This document shows positions 1 to 9,672 of a stretch of DNA of 57,275 nucleotides, piece after piece (the first letter of the stretch is position 1; every line of letters starts with the position of its first letter). The notes beneath the pieces were generated by a model that made no database searches, was not told where the DNA came from, and worked only from the letters and a program-made list of their open reading frames with translations. The DNA comes from a virus: positions 1 to 57,275 of the IMG/VR virus record IMGVR_UViG_3300035008_000001. One strand, given 5' to 3'. A program made the position numbers and the translations under genes.

Positions 1-127
1 TCGGGCCGCGGATCACCTGCAAGCCGAACCCTGATCGGGTCACGCTGGGCAAGAAGGCCAGCTGGGTTGATGGATGGGCCAGGGAGGTGGAGGCGCTCTG
101 GGCTACGTTTGCCGACACTGACTGGTT
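1..127. repeat. Terminal overlap copy A (identical to 57149-57275)
   Basis: Base-by-base comparison of both ends: 127/127 identical. Consistent with a circular assembly overlap. Confidence 0.97.
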
Positions 128-1340
128 CGACGCAGGTCTGCGCTACAACTTCCACACCTCCACCCGCCTTCAGGCCCGCATGATCGCGGCTACGGGTGAG
201 GCTCTGGCTCTGCCATTGTGGACAGACCGGAACGGGTCGAAATGGCGAACCTGCCTGCAGCTGGTAGATCCCGCGCGGCTGTCCAACCCGATGGGCAAGA
301 TCGAGAACGCCAACTTTAGAGCCGGGATCGAGCTGGACCCTGTCACGACGGCCGCCGTCGCTTACAACATTCGCAAGACCCATCCGGGCGACATCTTCGG
401 ATACGGGCTCGGATATGGAATGGGGGAGTGGGAGCGGATCCCTGCCTATATGCCGTGGGGTCGCCGGCGGGTCATTCACATTTACGAGTCGGAGCGGATC
501 GGGCAGACGCGCGGCAAAGCCGTGATCACCTCGGTTCTGCGCCAATTCAAAATGTACGATCATATGAATCGGGAGCACCTTCGGAAGGCGGTGCTCAACT
601 CTATGATTTTCGCGGCGCTCGAGACCCCTCTGGACGCAGCCGGCATCGACAAGATGTTCGAGAGCCAGCCTGATCCCCTGGCAGCTCATCAGCAGATGCT
701 TGGCGACTGGCGCATCAATATGCAGGGCGGCACGATGGTGCCGCTGCCACCTGGAACCAAGCTCAATCCGTTCTCTCCGAACCAGCAGCTGACCGAGCTC
801 GACACCTTCGCGACCCTGATGCTGCGCGGCATCGGCGCTGGCCTTAACATGCCGTACGAGATCGTCTTCCGCGACTTCTCGAAGACGAACTACTCGTCGG
901 CCAGGGCGTCGCTGCTTGAGGCATGGCGGTACTTCTCCTCTGTCCGCCAGTTTCTGATCGATCACTGGTGCGCCGTTGTCTACGATTTGTGGTTTGAAGA
1001 AGCCGTCAACCGCGGCGATATCCCGAACTGTAAGCCGGACGACTACTACCGGAATCAGATCGCCTGGACCCGTTGCAAGTGGATCTTCTCTGGCCGCGGT
1101 TGGGTGGACCCGCTCAAAGAGGCCAAGGCTGCCACTGAGCGAATGAACAGCAAGATCTCGACGCTTGCCGATGAAGCAGGTGAGCAGGGCCGCGACTGGC
1201 GAGAGCAGATCGATCAGGACGCTCGCGAGCAGGCATACCAGAAGCAGGCTTACGAATCCGTGGGCCTGCCATGGCCGCCGGCACAGGCGCCGGTAAGCGC
1301 CACCCAGCAAGAGCGCGAAGAGGAAGCGGCCGATGCATAA
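1..1340 (+). CDS. Portal protein, lambda gpB / Phage_portal_2-like (3' part; the ORF starts at 56851 on the circle, first full codon here at nt 3)
   Basis: The frame of 87-1340 is continuous with the open frame 56851-57275 through the overlap, giving about 545 aa in total. The order terL-gpW-portal-protease matches lambda. The next gene starts inside the portal's last codons, 8 nt before its stop (ATGCATAA). Confidence 0.85.
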   Translation, partial: GPRITCKPNPDRVTLGKKASWVDGWAREVEALWATFADTDWFDAGLRYNFHTSTRLQARMIAATGEALALPLWTDRNGSKWRTCLQLVDPARLSNPMGKIENANFRAGIELDPVTTAAVAYNIRKTHPGDIFGYGLGYGMGEWERIPAYMPWGRRRVIHIYESERIGQTRGKAVITSVLRQFKMYDHMNREHLRKAVLNSMIFAALETPLDAAGIDKMFESQPDPLAAHQQMLGDWRINMQGGTMVPLPPGTKLNPFSPNQQLTELDTFATLMLRGIGAGLNMPYEIVFRDFSKTNYSSARASLLEAWRYFSSVRQFLIDHWCAVVYDLWFEEAVNRGDIPNCKPDDYYRNQIAWTRCKWIFSGRGWVDPLKEAKAATERMNSKISTLADEAGEQGRDWREQIDQDAREQAYQKQAYESVGLPWPPAQAPVSATQQEREEEAADA

Positions 1341-2643
1341 TTCACTTCTGGCCAGCTTCGACTTGCAGCCCGCGCTGGTCGCGATCGAGATGCGGGGGAT
1401 GTTCGAGGCCTGCCTGGCGCGGGCTTCGTCCATTCTGGAAGGCATCGAGAAGGCGGAAGCGCCGGCCGTCATGGCTGACGACTTTTGGTTCGATGCCAGC
1501 GACTGGCGGGCGATCTTCCGGCCCTACATTGTCAAGGACGGCGTGCTGCTGATCCCGGTCAAGGGCGTGCTGCTCCATGACTTCGGCTTTCAATTCGGTT
1601 CCTGGGCTACCGGCTACACCTACATTTGGCGCGCATTCGAGCGCGGCCTGAAGGACGGCGATGTAAAAGGCATCGCCTTCGTCATCGACAGCCCGGGCGG
1701 CCACGTCGCGGGCAACTTCGACCTCGTGGATAAGATCTATGAGGCTCGCGGGCAGAAGCCCATCCGAGCCTTCGCGGCTGAGAGTGCTTACTCGGCGGCC
1801 TATTCCATCGCCTCGGCCGCCGATCAGATCGTGGTGTCTCGCACCGGCGGCGTCGGCTCGATTGGCGTCGTGACGATGCACATCGATGTCAGTGCGGCAA
1901 TGGATGCCGCTGGCGTCAAGGTCACCTTCATCCATGCGGGCAAGCACAAGGTCGACGGCAATGCCTTTGAGGCGCTGCCCAAGGATGTGAAGGATCGCAT
2001 ACAGGCTCGTATAGACGAGATGTACGGAGTTTTCGTGTCCACCGTGGCACGGAACAGGGCGGGCAAGCTCGATGAGGGAGCGGTCCGCGCGACCGAAGCT
2101 CTCACGTTCACGGCCACCCAAGCCAAGTCCAATGGCCTGGCCGACGAGATCGGCTCGCTGGAGGATTCCACTGCTGCTTTCGCGGCTGAACTCTCACCTA
2201 ACGAAGAGGAAGACAATATGTCGACCCAAGAGAAGGCAGCGGCCGACAAAGCCGCTCTGGATACCGCGCGCGCCGAAGGCCATTCGGAAGGCGAAAAGGC
2301 TGGCCGTGATGCCGGCATGAAGGAAGGCGCGACTGCCGAGCGGGCCCGTGTCAAGGCCATCCTCGGCTCCGACGAGGCGAAGGGCCGCGAGGATCTCGCG
2401 AGCCACTATGCCTTTGACACTGACGATGCGCCCGAGAAGGCGATCGCCGCGATGGCAAAGGCTCCGAAGGCCGACGCCAAGACCAAAGAGCCGAAAGGCA
2501 AGGAGCCGAACCGCTTCGAGAGGGCTATGGGCGAGACGCCGAATCCGGTGGTGGGCGCCGACAGCGAGCAGGGTAGCGAAGACCCTGACGACGTCGACGG
2601 CATCTTCGCCTCGGCTGGCTATCGCCCTCGCAAGACCGCCTGA
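1333..2643 (+). CDS. Head maturation protease, S49/ClpP-fold (lambda gpC-like) with Ala/Lys/Glu-rich scaffold-like C-terminus
   Basis: Motifs 'FVIDSPGGHVAG' and 'SAAYSIASAAD' are typical of SppA/S49 peptidases. The gene lies directly after the portal. Confidence 0.85.
   Translation: MHNSLLASFDLQPALVAIEMRGMFEACLARASSILEGIEKAEAPAVMADDFWFDASDWRAIFRPYIVKDGVLLIPVKGVLLHDFGFQFGSWATGYTYIWRAFERGLKDGDVKGIAFVIDSPGGHVAGNFDLVDKIYEARGQKPIRAFAAESAYSAAYSIASAADQIVVSRTGGVGSIGVVTMHIDVSAAMDAAGVKVTFIHAGKHKVDGNAFEALPKDVKDRIQARIDEMYGVFVSTVARNRAGKLDEGAVRATEALTFTATQAKSNGLADEIGSLEDSTAAFAAELSPNEEEDNMSTQEKAAADKAALDTARAEGHSEGEKAGRDAGMKEGATAERARVKAILGSDEAKGREDLASHYAFDTDDAPEKAIAAMAKAPKADAKTKEPKGKEPNRFERAMGETPNPVVGADSEQGSEDPDDVDGIFASAGYRPRKTA
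2218..2643 (+). CDS. Possible nested in-frame scaffolding protein (lambda Nu3-like arrangement)
   Basis: In-frame ATG at 2218 preceded by gaagaggaag. The downstream sequence is a charged, helical Ala/Lys/Glu-rich tail. Confidence 0.3.
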   Translation: MSTQEKAAADKAALDTARAEGHSEGEKAGRDAGMKEGATAERARVKAILGSDEAKGREDLASHYAFDTDDAPEKAIAAMAKAPKADAKTKEPKGKEPNRFERAMGETPNPVVGADSEQGSEDPDDVDGIFASAGYRPRKTA

Positions 2644-2678
2644 TCTCCCCGCACCCATCACGCTAGAGGACCGCCTCC

Positions 2679-3098
2679 ATGGCAATCGATATCCCCTTCA
2701 GCGCCGATTCCGCCGGGATCGCCGCGAGCTCCACTGAGAGCATCACCAACGTCGACCCGTTCATCACGGGTGACGAGCCGGCCATCGTCACGACCGACGA
2801 ATTGGTCGCGGCGAGCCAGACCATCGCCGCCCGTACGCCGGTCGGCTTCTCGTCCGGCGCTCTTGTCCCGGCTGTCCAGGGTACGACCCAGGCCGTCGGC
2901 ATCACCCTCGTCGCTGTCGTCACCGGCGCAGGCGAGACCACGACCCGCGTGCCGATCTACCGTCAGGGTGTCTTCAACCCCGACATGATCAACTGGCCGG
3001 CCTCCTACAACACCGTCGACAAGAAGAAGACGGCGTTCGACGGAGCCCCGTCGCCAACCTCCATCGTCATTCGCGCCCCTCGGACCATGACGGTCTGA
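2679..3098 (+). CDS. Head decoration protein (lambda gpD-like)
   Basis: 139 aa, located between protease and capsid. The C-terminal pattern 'VPIYRQGVFNPDMINWP' resembles the gpD family. Confidence 0.7.
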   Translation: MAIDIPFSADSAGIAASSTESITNVDPFITGDEPAIVTTDELVAASQTIAARTPVGFSSGALVPAVQGTTQAVGITLVAVVTGAGETTTRVPIYRQGVFNPDMINWPASYNTVDKKKTAFDGAPSPTSIVIRAPRTMTV

Positions 3099-3127
3099 GG
3101 CCCTGAGAAAAGGAAGGCGACACACAC

Positions 3128-4201
3128 ATGGCCCTCGATTTCTACACCTCCCGGCAGCTCTACAGGATCATGTATGATGATCGCCTGGACGCGCCGACTT
3201 CCTACTGGCTCGACCAGTTCTTCCCGGACAGCTTCCTCTCCACGTCGGAGGAGATCTACTTCGAGAAGATCCCCTCGAGCCGCAAAATCGCTCCCTTCAT
3301 GCTCCCCAATGAGCAGGGCAAGCCGATCTACCGCCGTCAGGGTGAAACCCTGCAGTCCTTCCGCCCGGCCTACACCAAGCCGAAGGATGCCGTCCGTCCG
3401 ACTGAGATGCTCAAGCGCCAACCTGGCGAGATCATGGGCGAAGGACAGCTGACCCTGAAAGCCCGGTATGACGCTGAGGTCATCAGGATCGCGCAGTTCC
3501 AGCGCAATGCCATCACCCGTCTCTGGGACTTCATGGCCGCCAAAGCCATCCTGGATGGCGCAGTGACCGTGAACTACATCCGCGACGGCGGTTCAAACTA
3601 TCCGTCCGTGCTGGTCTCGTTCGGCCGCGATGCTGGTCAGACGGTCGTTCTCGGCGCCGGTGTTCGCTGGGGTGATGCTGGCGTTTCGATCGTAGACAGC
3701 ATCCAAAGCTTCGCCGACACCATGGCGGGCGCGGCGTTCGGCGGCTTCCCGAACCGCATCACCTTCGGTTCCGCTGCCTGGGCCATTGCTCGTAAGGACG
3801 CTGGCCTGAAGGACGCGATGGATCTGCGCTACCGCAGTCCGTCCGATATCGACCTGAACCGCGGCATCGTCCGGCGGGACACCGAGCAGCCTGCGACCTA
3901 TGTCGGCACCTTCGGCGCCGGGATTGAGTGCTACGTCTACAACGGCACCTTCCAGAACGATGACGGCTCACTCGCCAACATCATGGATCCCCGTGACGTT
4001 GTCCTGACGGCTCCCGGAGTGGAGGGCGTGAAGGCTTTCGGCGCCATCCTCGACGAGGATGCGGATCTGCAGGCGACGGACATCTTCCCGAAGATGTGGA
4101 GCCAGAAGGATCCGTCGGCCCGCTTCATTATGAGCCAATCGGCTCCGTTGATGATACCGGTCAATCCGAACCGAACTTTCCGCGCTCGCGTCATCGCGTA
4201 A
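3128..4201 (+). CDS. Major capsid protein (lambda gpE / Phage_cap_E-like)
   Basis: 357 aa. Position after the decoration gene. The N-terminus 'LDFYTSRQLYRIM...SYWLDQFFP' is typical of the gpE family. Confidence 0.85.
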   Translation: MALDFYTSRQLYRIMYDDRLDAPTSYWLDQFFPDSFLSTSEEIYFEKIPSSRKIAPFMLPNEQGKPIYRRQGETLQSFRPAYTKPKDAVRPTEMLKRQPGEIMGEGQLTLKARYDAEVIRIAQFQRNAITRLWDFMAAKAILDGAVTVNYIRDGGSNYPSVLVSFGRDAGQTVVLGAGVRWGDAGVSIVDSIQSFADTMAGAAFGGFPNRITFGSAAWAIARKDAGLKDAMDLRYRSPSDIDLNRGIVRRDTEQPATYVGTFGAGIECYVYNGTFQNDDGSLANIMDPRDVVLTAPGVEGVKAFGAILDEDADLQATDIFPKMWSQKDPSARFIMSQSAPLMIPVNPNRTFRARVIA

Positions 4202-4206
4202 CCGCT

Positions 4207-4229
4207 GCCGGCGCGATCGTCGCGCCGGC
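4207..4229 (+). other. 9-bp GC stem-loop just after the capsid gene (no U-tract)
   Basis: gccggcgcg-atcgt-cgcgccggc. Possibly an mRNA-stabilising or partial attenuator hairpin. Confidence 0.4.
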
Positions 4230-4254
4230 CTCGCATCACATTCGGAGAATTCCC

Positions 4255-4644
4255 ATGGTAAAGGCATTCGCTCTGGTCGGCGTTCACACGCTGGCCGAGG
4301 AAGGCGAGGTCAAGGACGGCAAGGTCCTTCGCCCCGCCAAGGTCGCCGAGCATAAGCCCGGTGCGGTTTTCGATGTCGATCAGGAGACCTTGGATCAGCT
4401 AGAAGACGAGGGCGCCGCTCGAAAGGCTACGCGCAACGAGATCGCCGACGCTCAAGCGAAGGCGGACGCTGCGGCTGCCAGCCGGCCGCGCCGCACGGCC
4501 CAGGCTTCTGTCGCCCCTCCCGCCGATCCCCTCGACAGCATGACGAAAGAGCAGCTGCTCGAAGAGGCCAAGACGCGCGGCGTCGAAGTTAAGCCGGCGC
4601 AGTCGAAGGATGAGATCCTGACGGCGCTGAAGGCAGCCGGCTGA
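4255..4644 (+). CDS. Head-module protein with C-terminal Rho_N/SAP-like motif
   Basis: ATG at 4255 with a ggaga RBS. C-terminus 'MTKEQLLEEAKTRGVEVKPAQSKDEILTALK'. Confidence 0.6.
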   Translation: MVKAFALVGVHTLAEEGEVKDGKVLRPAKVAEHKPGAVFDVDQETLDQLEDEGAARKATRNEIADAQAKADAAAASRPRRTAQASVAPPADPLDSMTKEQLLEEAKTRGVEVKPAQSKDEILTALKAAG

Positions 4645-4648
4645 TCCG

Positions 4649-5038
4649 ATGTCTAGCCTGTTCCGAAATGCATGGGGGCGGGCACAGCGTCAATTTGATC
4701 GAGTGTTCGGCGAGGAGTTCATCCTCCTCGCCCGCATCCGCTCCCAGACCGATCCGGATGCCCGGCAGACCGGCGACGGATCCCGACCGCCGTTCCCTTT
4801 CGTCGGCTCGTTCACGGCCGAGGGGGCAATGGCGCAGGCTCAGGGCAGGGGGCGCTCCGGCGACTGGACCAACCAGTACGTGGCCCAGCCTGCCAACATC
4901 AAGGTCGCGACCGTTGCTCTGCCAGATTGGATCGCCACGGGCGACCAGGTGAAGCGCGTCGTCACCAACGAGACATTCACCGTCACCAGCGTCGTTCCCG
5001 ACGATCTCAACACGTCCAAGATCAATCTGAGGATCTGA
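4649..5038 (+). CDS. Head-tail joining protein (lambda FII-like)
   Basis: 129 aa. The C-terminal 'GDQVKRVVTNETFTVTSVVPDD' parallels the FII motif 'GDTL..ENFWVDRVSPDD'. Confidence 0.6.
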   Translation: MSSLFRNAWGRAQRQFDRVFGEEFILLARIRSQTDPDARQTGDGSRPPFPFVGSFTAEGAMAQAQGRGRSGDWTNQYVAQPANIKVATVALPDWIATGDQVKRVVTNETFTVTSVVPDDLNTSKINLRI

Positions 5039-5793
5039 TGAGCCTTGCTCGAACGGCACTGCGGCTGGCGGTCTCGCGCGACCTGCTGGCCGATCCGGTC
5101 ATTGCCGCGCTTTGCCCAGGGCGCGTCTTCGACAGCATCATGGATCCGCCGGCGAGCAGCAACTTCCGCCCGACCATCACGATCACGACCGAGGATGACA
5201 ACGGAGAGGCCTTTGATCCGCAGAATGGCGGTGTCCCCTTCAACCAGACCGTCGATCTCGTGCTTGAGATCGCCATGGCTGCCAAAGGGGACGGCGAGGA
5301 TGACGACCCACTCATCCCGGTCACGGACCGCGAGCTCGAGGCGATGCTGGATCTTGTCGAGCATCGTGCGATCGAGGTCGTCACGGTAGGCGAGGGGCCT
5401 GCGCTGACCCGCAAGGTCTCCCGCCGGGTCCCCAAGGTCAAGTCCTCCCGCTTTCCGGACAATGAGAACGGCCTACGCCTGGCGGTGCGGGTCGTGACCT
5501 TGTCCGTCGAACTGAAGGGCGAGGACCAGCTCGATATCCGGGACGTGCCGACAGGCCCATTCGCCAACCTGCCGAATCCACTGCGCACCGTCTGCCAGCT
5601 CCTGCCGTCAGGATCTTCCGGCTATCTCGTGTGCACCATGATCTCCGACGCCCTACCGCCGGCAGGCGTCGAGTTCTTCGAGGGCGCGGACATGACCATG
5701 CGTCCCGATCCCTCCGCCCCGCTGCCAGAGCCAGCCGAGGGCGAACCTCATGCGCCGTTCGTCGGCGTCGATGTCACTATTCCGCAGGAGTGA
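5038..5793 (+). CDS. Neck/head-completion protein, function unknown
   Basis: TGATG coupling with the previous gene. 251 aa, in the structural block. Confidence 0.6.
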   Translation: MSLARTALRLAVSRDLLADPVIAALCPGRVFDSIMDPPASSNFRPTITITTEDDNGEAFDPQNGGVPFNQTVDLVLEIAMAAKGDGEDDDPLIPVTDRELEAMLDLVEHRAIEVVTVGEGPALTRKVSRRVPKVKSSRFPDNENGLRLAVRVVTLSVELKGEDQLDIRDVPTGPFANLPNPLRTVCQLLPSGSSGYLVCTMISDALPPAGVEFFEGADMTMRPDPSAPLPEPAEGEPHAPFVGVDVTIPQE

Positions 5794-5796
5794 GCC

Positions 5797-6108
5797 ATGT
5801 CCGATACCGAACGGAAGTTCATCAAGCCTGCCCGCAAGGGCGCCTCCATCCCAGATCCCGACCGCGGCAGAGACCTGCCGTGGGAGGGTATCGAGGTTGA
5901 CTGGTCGCCGTACTGGGCAGGCCTGCTCGAGCGAGGCGACATCACTGTGAAGGATGTCGAGGCCGAGGCTGTCCAGGAGAAGCCCAAGGCCAAGCGCACT
6001 GCCGCGGCAGCGCAGCGGGTCGAAGCTGAGAAGGCCGACGACCGTCCGTTTGTAGACGCGCAGTCGACGGCCGATCCAGAGCCATCCTCCGATACCCCCG
6101 AATCCTAA
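5797..6108 (+). CDS. DUF2635-like protein (Mu-type, precedes sheath)
   Basis: 'FIKPARKGASIPDPDRGRDLPWEGIEVDWSPYWAGLLERGDI' fits the pattern of small proteins found upstream of Mu-like sheath genes. Confidence 0.55.
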   Translation: MSDTERKFIKPARKGASIPDPDRGRDLPWEGIEVDWSPYWAGLLERGDITVKDVEAEAVQEKPKAKRTAAAAQRVEAEKADDRPFVDAQSTADPEPSSDTPES

Positions 6109-6156
6109 TCTCCACCGGGCCGACACGCGCGGCCGTTCTGACAAAGGAAGCCCGCA

Positions 6157-7695
6157 ATGTCGGTAGCCTTTTCCAACATGCCCGGCGATATCCGCGTCCC
6201 GGGCGCCTACTTCGAGATCAACGCGGGAATCCCGCCATACTCTGGCACCTCCCGCACGCTGCTCCTCGGCCGCAAGCTCGCCGGCGGCTCGGCGCCGCTC
6301 GGCGTCCCGATCAATCTCGGCGCCGGTGATCCGAACGCCCTGTTCGGCGCCGGGTCGATGCTGGCCGAGATGGCGATCATCGCCCGCTGGCATAACCCGA
6401 ACGGCGAGATCTGGGCGCTTCCGGTAACGGACCCGGCCGGTGTCGCGGCCACCGACACTATCGCCATCACGGGTACGGCCACTGCGGCTGGCACCCTGGT
6501 CCGCTATATCGCGGGCGAGCGGTATTCGGTCGGCGTCGCCGTCGGCGATACGGCAGCCGTCGTCGCTGCGGCTCTCAAGGCCGCGATCGACAAGGGCTAC
6601 ACCAAGTACAATCGCGCTCAGCTCGCGCCGGTGAGCACCAGCGTGTCGACTGGGACGATCACCCTGACCGCCCGCCACGTCGGCACTGAGGGCAACGCCA
6701 TCCGGGTTGAGGCTGGCCTAGACGGCAACGAGGTCGACCCGGCCGGCCTGACGATCACGATCGCGTCTGCCACTCTCACCAGCGGCACCGGCGACGTTGA
6801 TCTGGCGACGGCCTTGGCTGCCCTCGGCGACCAGCCGTTCGACCATATCGGCGGACCGTACTCCTCGACCACCCAGCTCAACGCCGTCCGGCAGTTCCTG
6901 TCCGACAGCGGCTCCGGACGCTGGTCGCCGACGGTGGGACTGTATGGTCATTATTTTTCGACCAGCAGCGGTAACCTCTCGGCCCAGACCACACTCGGCG
7001 CCGGCCGCAACGATCCGCACGTCTCGATCCTAGGTCTCAACAACTACCCGCAGGCCCCCTGGGCTTGGGTGGCTGCTCTGACGGCGGTGGTCGGCTTCTC
7101 GAAGAACCTCGGGCGCTCCATCACCGAGGCGGTCGAGATCGCCCGTCCGCTTCAGACGCTCGTCCTGCAGGGGCTGCGCGGTCCGAAGAACGTCTCCGAT
7201 CAGTGGAAGATGGCCGACCGCGACAGCCTCTATCGAAATGGAATTTCGGCGGTAGTCTTCCGCGCCGACGGCCAGGCGGCTCTCGACCGGGTGGTCACCA
7301 CCTACCAGACCAATGCCTGGGGCCAGGCCGACACGACATTTCTCGATGTTGAAACACTGTACATCGCCGCCTATGCCGCCCGCTACTTCAAGCAGCGGAT
7401 CCTGGCGACCTATCCGCGCCATGTGCTGAAGGACGAAAACCCGAGGGCTATGCAGGGTGTCGTGACGGTCTTCCAGATCCGCGGAACTCTGATCCATGCC
7501 TACAGCGATCTCGCTGACTATGGACTGGCTGAGAAGAAGGATCTGTTCGCTCAGTTCCTGATCGTCGAGCGCTCGGCCGATCCGAACCGGGTCAACGCCT
7601 ACATTCCCTTCGACGTCGCCAACCAGCTCCGGGTCTTCGCCGGAAACATCACCGTTTTCCCTGAGCTCAATGACCAAATCGCCGCTCTTCAGTGA
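6157..7695 (+). CDS. Contractile tail sheath protein (Mu gpL-like)
   Basis: 512 aa, located immediately before the tube gene. Confidence 0.8.
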   Translation: MSVAFSNMPGDIRVPGAYFEINAGIPPYSGTSRTLLLGRKLAGGSAPLGVPINLGAGDPNALFGAGSMLAEMAIIARWHNPNGEIWALPVTDPAGVAATDTIAITGTATAAGTLVRYIAGERYSVGVAVGDTAAVVAAALKAAIDKGYTKYNRAQLAPVSTSVSTGTITLTARHVGTEGNAIRVEAGLDGNEVDPAGLTITIASATLTSGTGDVDLATALAALGDQPFDHIGGPYSSTTQLNAVRQFLSDSGSGRWSPTVGLYGHYFSTSSGNLSAQTTLGAGRNDPHVSILGLNNYPQAPWAWVAALTAVVGFSKNLGRSITEAVEIARPLQTLVLQGLRGPKNVSDQWKMADRDSLYRNGISAVVFRADGQAALDRVVTTYQTNAWGQADTTFLDVETLYIAAYAARYFKQRILATYPRHVLKDENPRAMQGVVTVFQIRGTLIHAYSDLADYGLAEKKDLFAQFLIVERSADPNRVNAYIPFDVANQLRVFAGNITVFPELNDQIAALQ

Positions 7696-7728
7696 GCGGC
7701 TTGACCCTCTAGCGAAAGGATCTCTGCC

Positions 7729-8094
7729 GTGGATAGCAAGGGCGGAAGAATCGAAATCACCATCAATGGCCGGGTCTATTCAGGTCGAGGCGAGGCGACG
7801 ATCAAGCCTGCGCGCGCGACCCGTACGAACGGCGCGAACATGGACGGCACTGGCTTCAGCTATGTCGAGCCAAAGCTGGCCTCAGCGTCCCTCTCGTTCG
7901 ATCGAGGGATCGACCTCAAGTGGGACGAGTCGATGATGTTGCAGAGCCTCGATGTAACTTTTGTCGAAACGGATGCCGGGAACCGCCAGCACTTTTTCTC
8001 GCGGGCACGGTGGGCGGGAGAGCCAGAAATAAACACTTCGACTGGCGAGGTGACGGGTCTGACGATTGAGACCGACAGCTACCAGGTACATTAG
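7729..8094 (+). CDS. Tail tube protein (Mu gpM-like)
   Basis: 121 aa, GTG start, follows the sheath. Confidence 0.7.
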   Translation: MDSKGGRIEITINGRVYSGRGEATIKPARATRTNGANMDGTGFSYVEPKLASASLSFDRGIDLKWDESMMLQSLDVTFVETDAGNRQHFFSRARWAGEPEINTSTGEVTGLTIETDSYQVH

Positions 8095-8360
8095 CCCTCG
8101 GCGTCGGAGCGCTTAGCCTGCCGACGCGCTGTAGCCTCTTTGGTCAAGCGTACGCTGCCATCTTCCTGGAAGATTGCCCCACGCTCTTCGAGAGCAGCCT
8201 GAAGGGCACGTAAGGTCGACGTAATCGCGGGCTGCCCGGATTCTATTCGGGATATGGTGTTCGGGGCCACACTCGCAGCTTCAGCCAGTTCCCGCACACT
8301 TAATCCGATCCCTGCTCGTGCCATGCGGATTTGGTGACCATCAGCTAAAGATTGCGACAT
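8091..8360 (-). CDS. XRE-family HTH regulator
   Basis: 'IRMARAGIGLSVRELAEAASVAPNTISRIESGQ' is a classic HTH_3 motif. Its stop codon overlaps the tube stop by 4 nt (convergent genes). Confidence 0.85.
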   Translation of the reverse strand: MSQSLADGHQIRMARAGIGLSVRELAEAASVAPNTISRIESGQPAITSTLRALQAALEERGAIFQEDGSVRLTKEATARRQAKRSDAEG

Positions 8361-8390
8361 AGAACCAACTTTGCGCTTGCGTATCGTTCA

Positions 8391-8417
8391 CAACGTTGGT
8401 ACAGATTACCAACGTTG
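8391..8417. promoter_or_regulatory. Perfect palindromic operator (11-bp arms, 5-bp spacer) in the divergent XRE/operon promoter region
   Basis: caacgttggta-cagat-taccaacgttg, about 30 nt upstream of the XRE start. Confidence 0.7.
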
Positions 8418-8489
8418 CTAGAAAATGCAACGGCCGCGATGGGTGCTTCCAACACCGACCGCGGCCTGACCCTCAACATGGAGCGACCC

Positions 8490-9152
8490 ATGTCTCTGGC
8501 TGAAGAACTATGTACCTCACGCCGCGGGTTTTTGGTAGCGGCAGCACCTGCAATAATGGCAGCCGGCATTGTATCAACCGGACTACCGGCCCAGGCCGCA
8601 CGAAACGATACCGATCTAGTCTCGCTCGGACAGCGCTTCGACGAGATCCATGCCCAGCATGATTCTGCATCGGCAGAAGAGAACCGTCTGTTCGCTCTGG
8701 TGGAAGAGAAACTTCCGGAGAGGCCGGGCAGCCTCCGGCGGCGGCCATCCGATTGGGATCTCTTCTTTGGAATGGCCGCGGGTGATAAGTTTTACAGCGC
8801 GGAAGACGTGATCTGGCTTCGATCCTTCCGTGGATTCGACAGCTCTAACGCCAGTCAGCGCTCGAAGGCCTGCGCGAGGGCAAGAGAAATCGTTGCGGCT
8901 TTCGATACTTGGCTAGGTGAAGTGAACCGCGTCGAGGCCGAGGTTGGCCTTCCAGAAAAAATGCGTCTCGTAGGCAGGCTCTACGAACAGAGGGAGAAGG
9001 TTGTCGAAGCCATTGAGTCTGCCAGAATTGCCTCATTCGCTGGTGTGGCCGTCAAAGCAAGGGTTGCCGCGTCGATGCGTGACCAAGCATTGGCCCTGAA
9101 GGTCGCTGAAGAAATCGCCGCCCTCCACACGACGGAGGTGCGTCATGGCTAA
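8490..9152 (+). CDS. Tat-exported helical protein, unknown function (alternative starts at 8439 and 8478)
   Basis: Canonical twin-arginine signal 'TSRRGFLVAAAPAIMAAGIVSTGLPAQA'. A GGAG lies 6 nt before the ATG at 8490. Confidence 0.65.
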   Translation: MSLAEELCTSRRGFLVAAAPAIMAAGIVSTGLPAQAARNDTDLVSLGQRFDEIHAQHDSASAEENRLFALVEEKLPERPGSLRRRPSDWDLFFGMAAGDKFYSAEDVIWLRSFRGFDSSNASQRSKACARAREIVAAFDTWLGEVNRVEAEVGLPEKMRLVGRLYEQREKVVEAIESARIASFAGVAVKARVAASMRDQALALKVAEEIAALHTTEVRHG

Positions 9153-9672
9153 GAGCAATACTGCTACTCAGGCGACCGAGCGCGATCTCGTGGCCGAGGC
9201 TGCCAAGACAGCGTATCTGAAGGCAGATGGCGATGTTCGAGAGGCTGTCCGGATCCTTGAAACGGCTGTACGCCAAGAGCGAGACCTGCGGGACGCTCTG
9301 ACTGACCCGCTGATCTCTCAGGCCTGCTACGATGCGGTACGGAAGCAGTGCCATGTCCAACGGCGACGTGTCTGGGCTCCCCCAGCTGAGAAGCTGGTTA
9401 AGAGCAAGGTGACGGGAGCGCACCGTGTCGTGCAGCTCGCCGCTGGAACTTTACTGATGTTCCCGCTTCCGGGCGGCAAGCGCCTCGGAGAGGCGTCTAG
9501 AGAAGAGATTGCATCTGCCGCAGAGTTCTACGAGCGGCAGGCTGGCGACATGGCGACGAAAGGGCGTTGGCTGCGTCTCATCGCTCAGTCAGTGCCAGGA
9601 GATCAAACGGTTGGCGATGTGCTGACCGATGAAAGATTGCGTGAGCTCCAAGAGGAGGCCCGCAATGGATAA
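9145..9672 (+). CDS. Hypothetical protein, translationally coupled to its neighbours
   Basis: The ATG at 9145 overlaps the upstream gene's end by 8 nt. 175 aa. Confidence 0.6.
   Translation: MAKSNTATQATERDLVAEAAKTAYLKADGDVREAVRILETAVRQERDLRDALTDPLISQACYDAVRKQCHVQRRRVWAPPAEKLVKSKVTGAHRVVQLAAGTLLMFPLPGGKRLGEASREEIASAAEFYERQAGDMATKGRWLRLIAQSVPGDQTVGDVLTDERLRELQEEARNG

Noticed and set aside
5653-6678. 341-aa minus-strand ORF overlapping the DUF2635-like and sheath genes
   Set aside because: It is Arg/Gly/Ala/Asp-rich with no motifs and lies antisense to well-supported structural genes. This is typical of shadow ORFs in G+C-rich DNA.
8352-8489. Longer N-terminal extension of the Tat-signal protein (ORF-track start 8352)
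   Set aside because: The extension would overlap the XRE start and run through the palindromic operator. The GGAG-preceded ATG at 8490 places the twin-arginine motif at a normal distance from the N-terminus.
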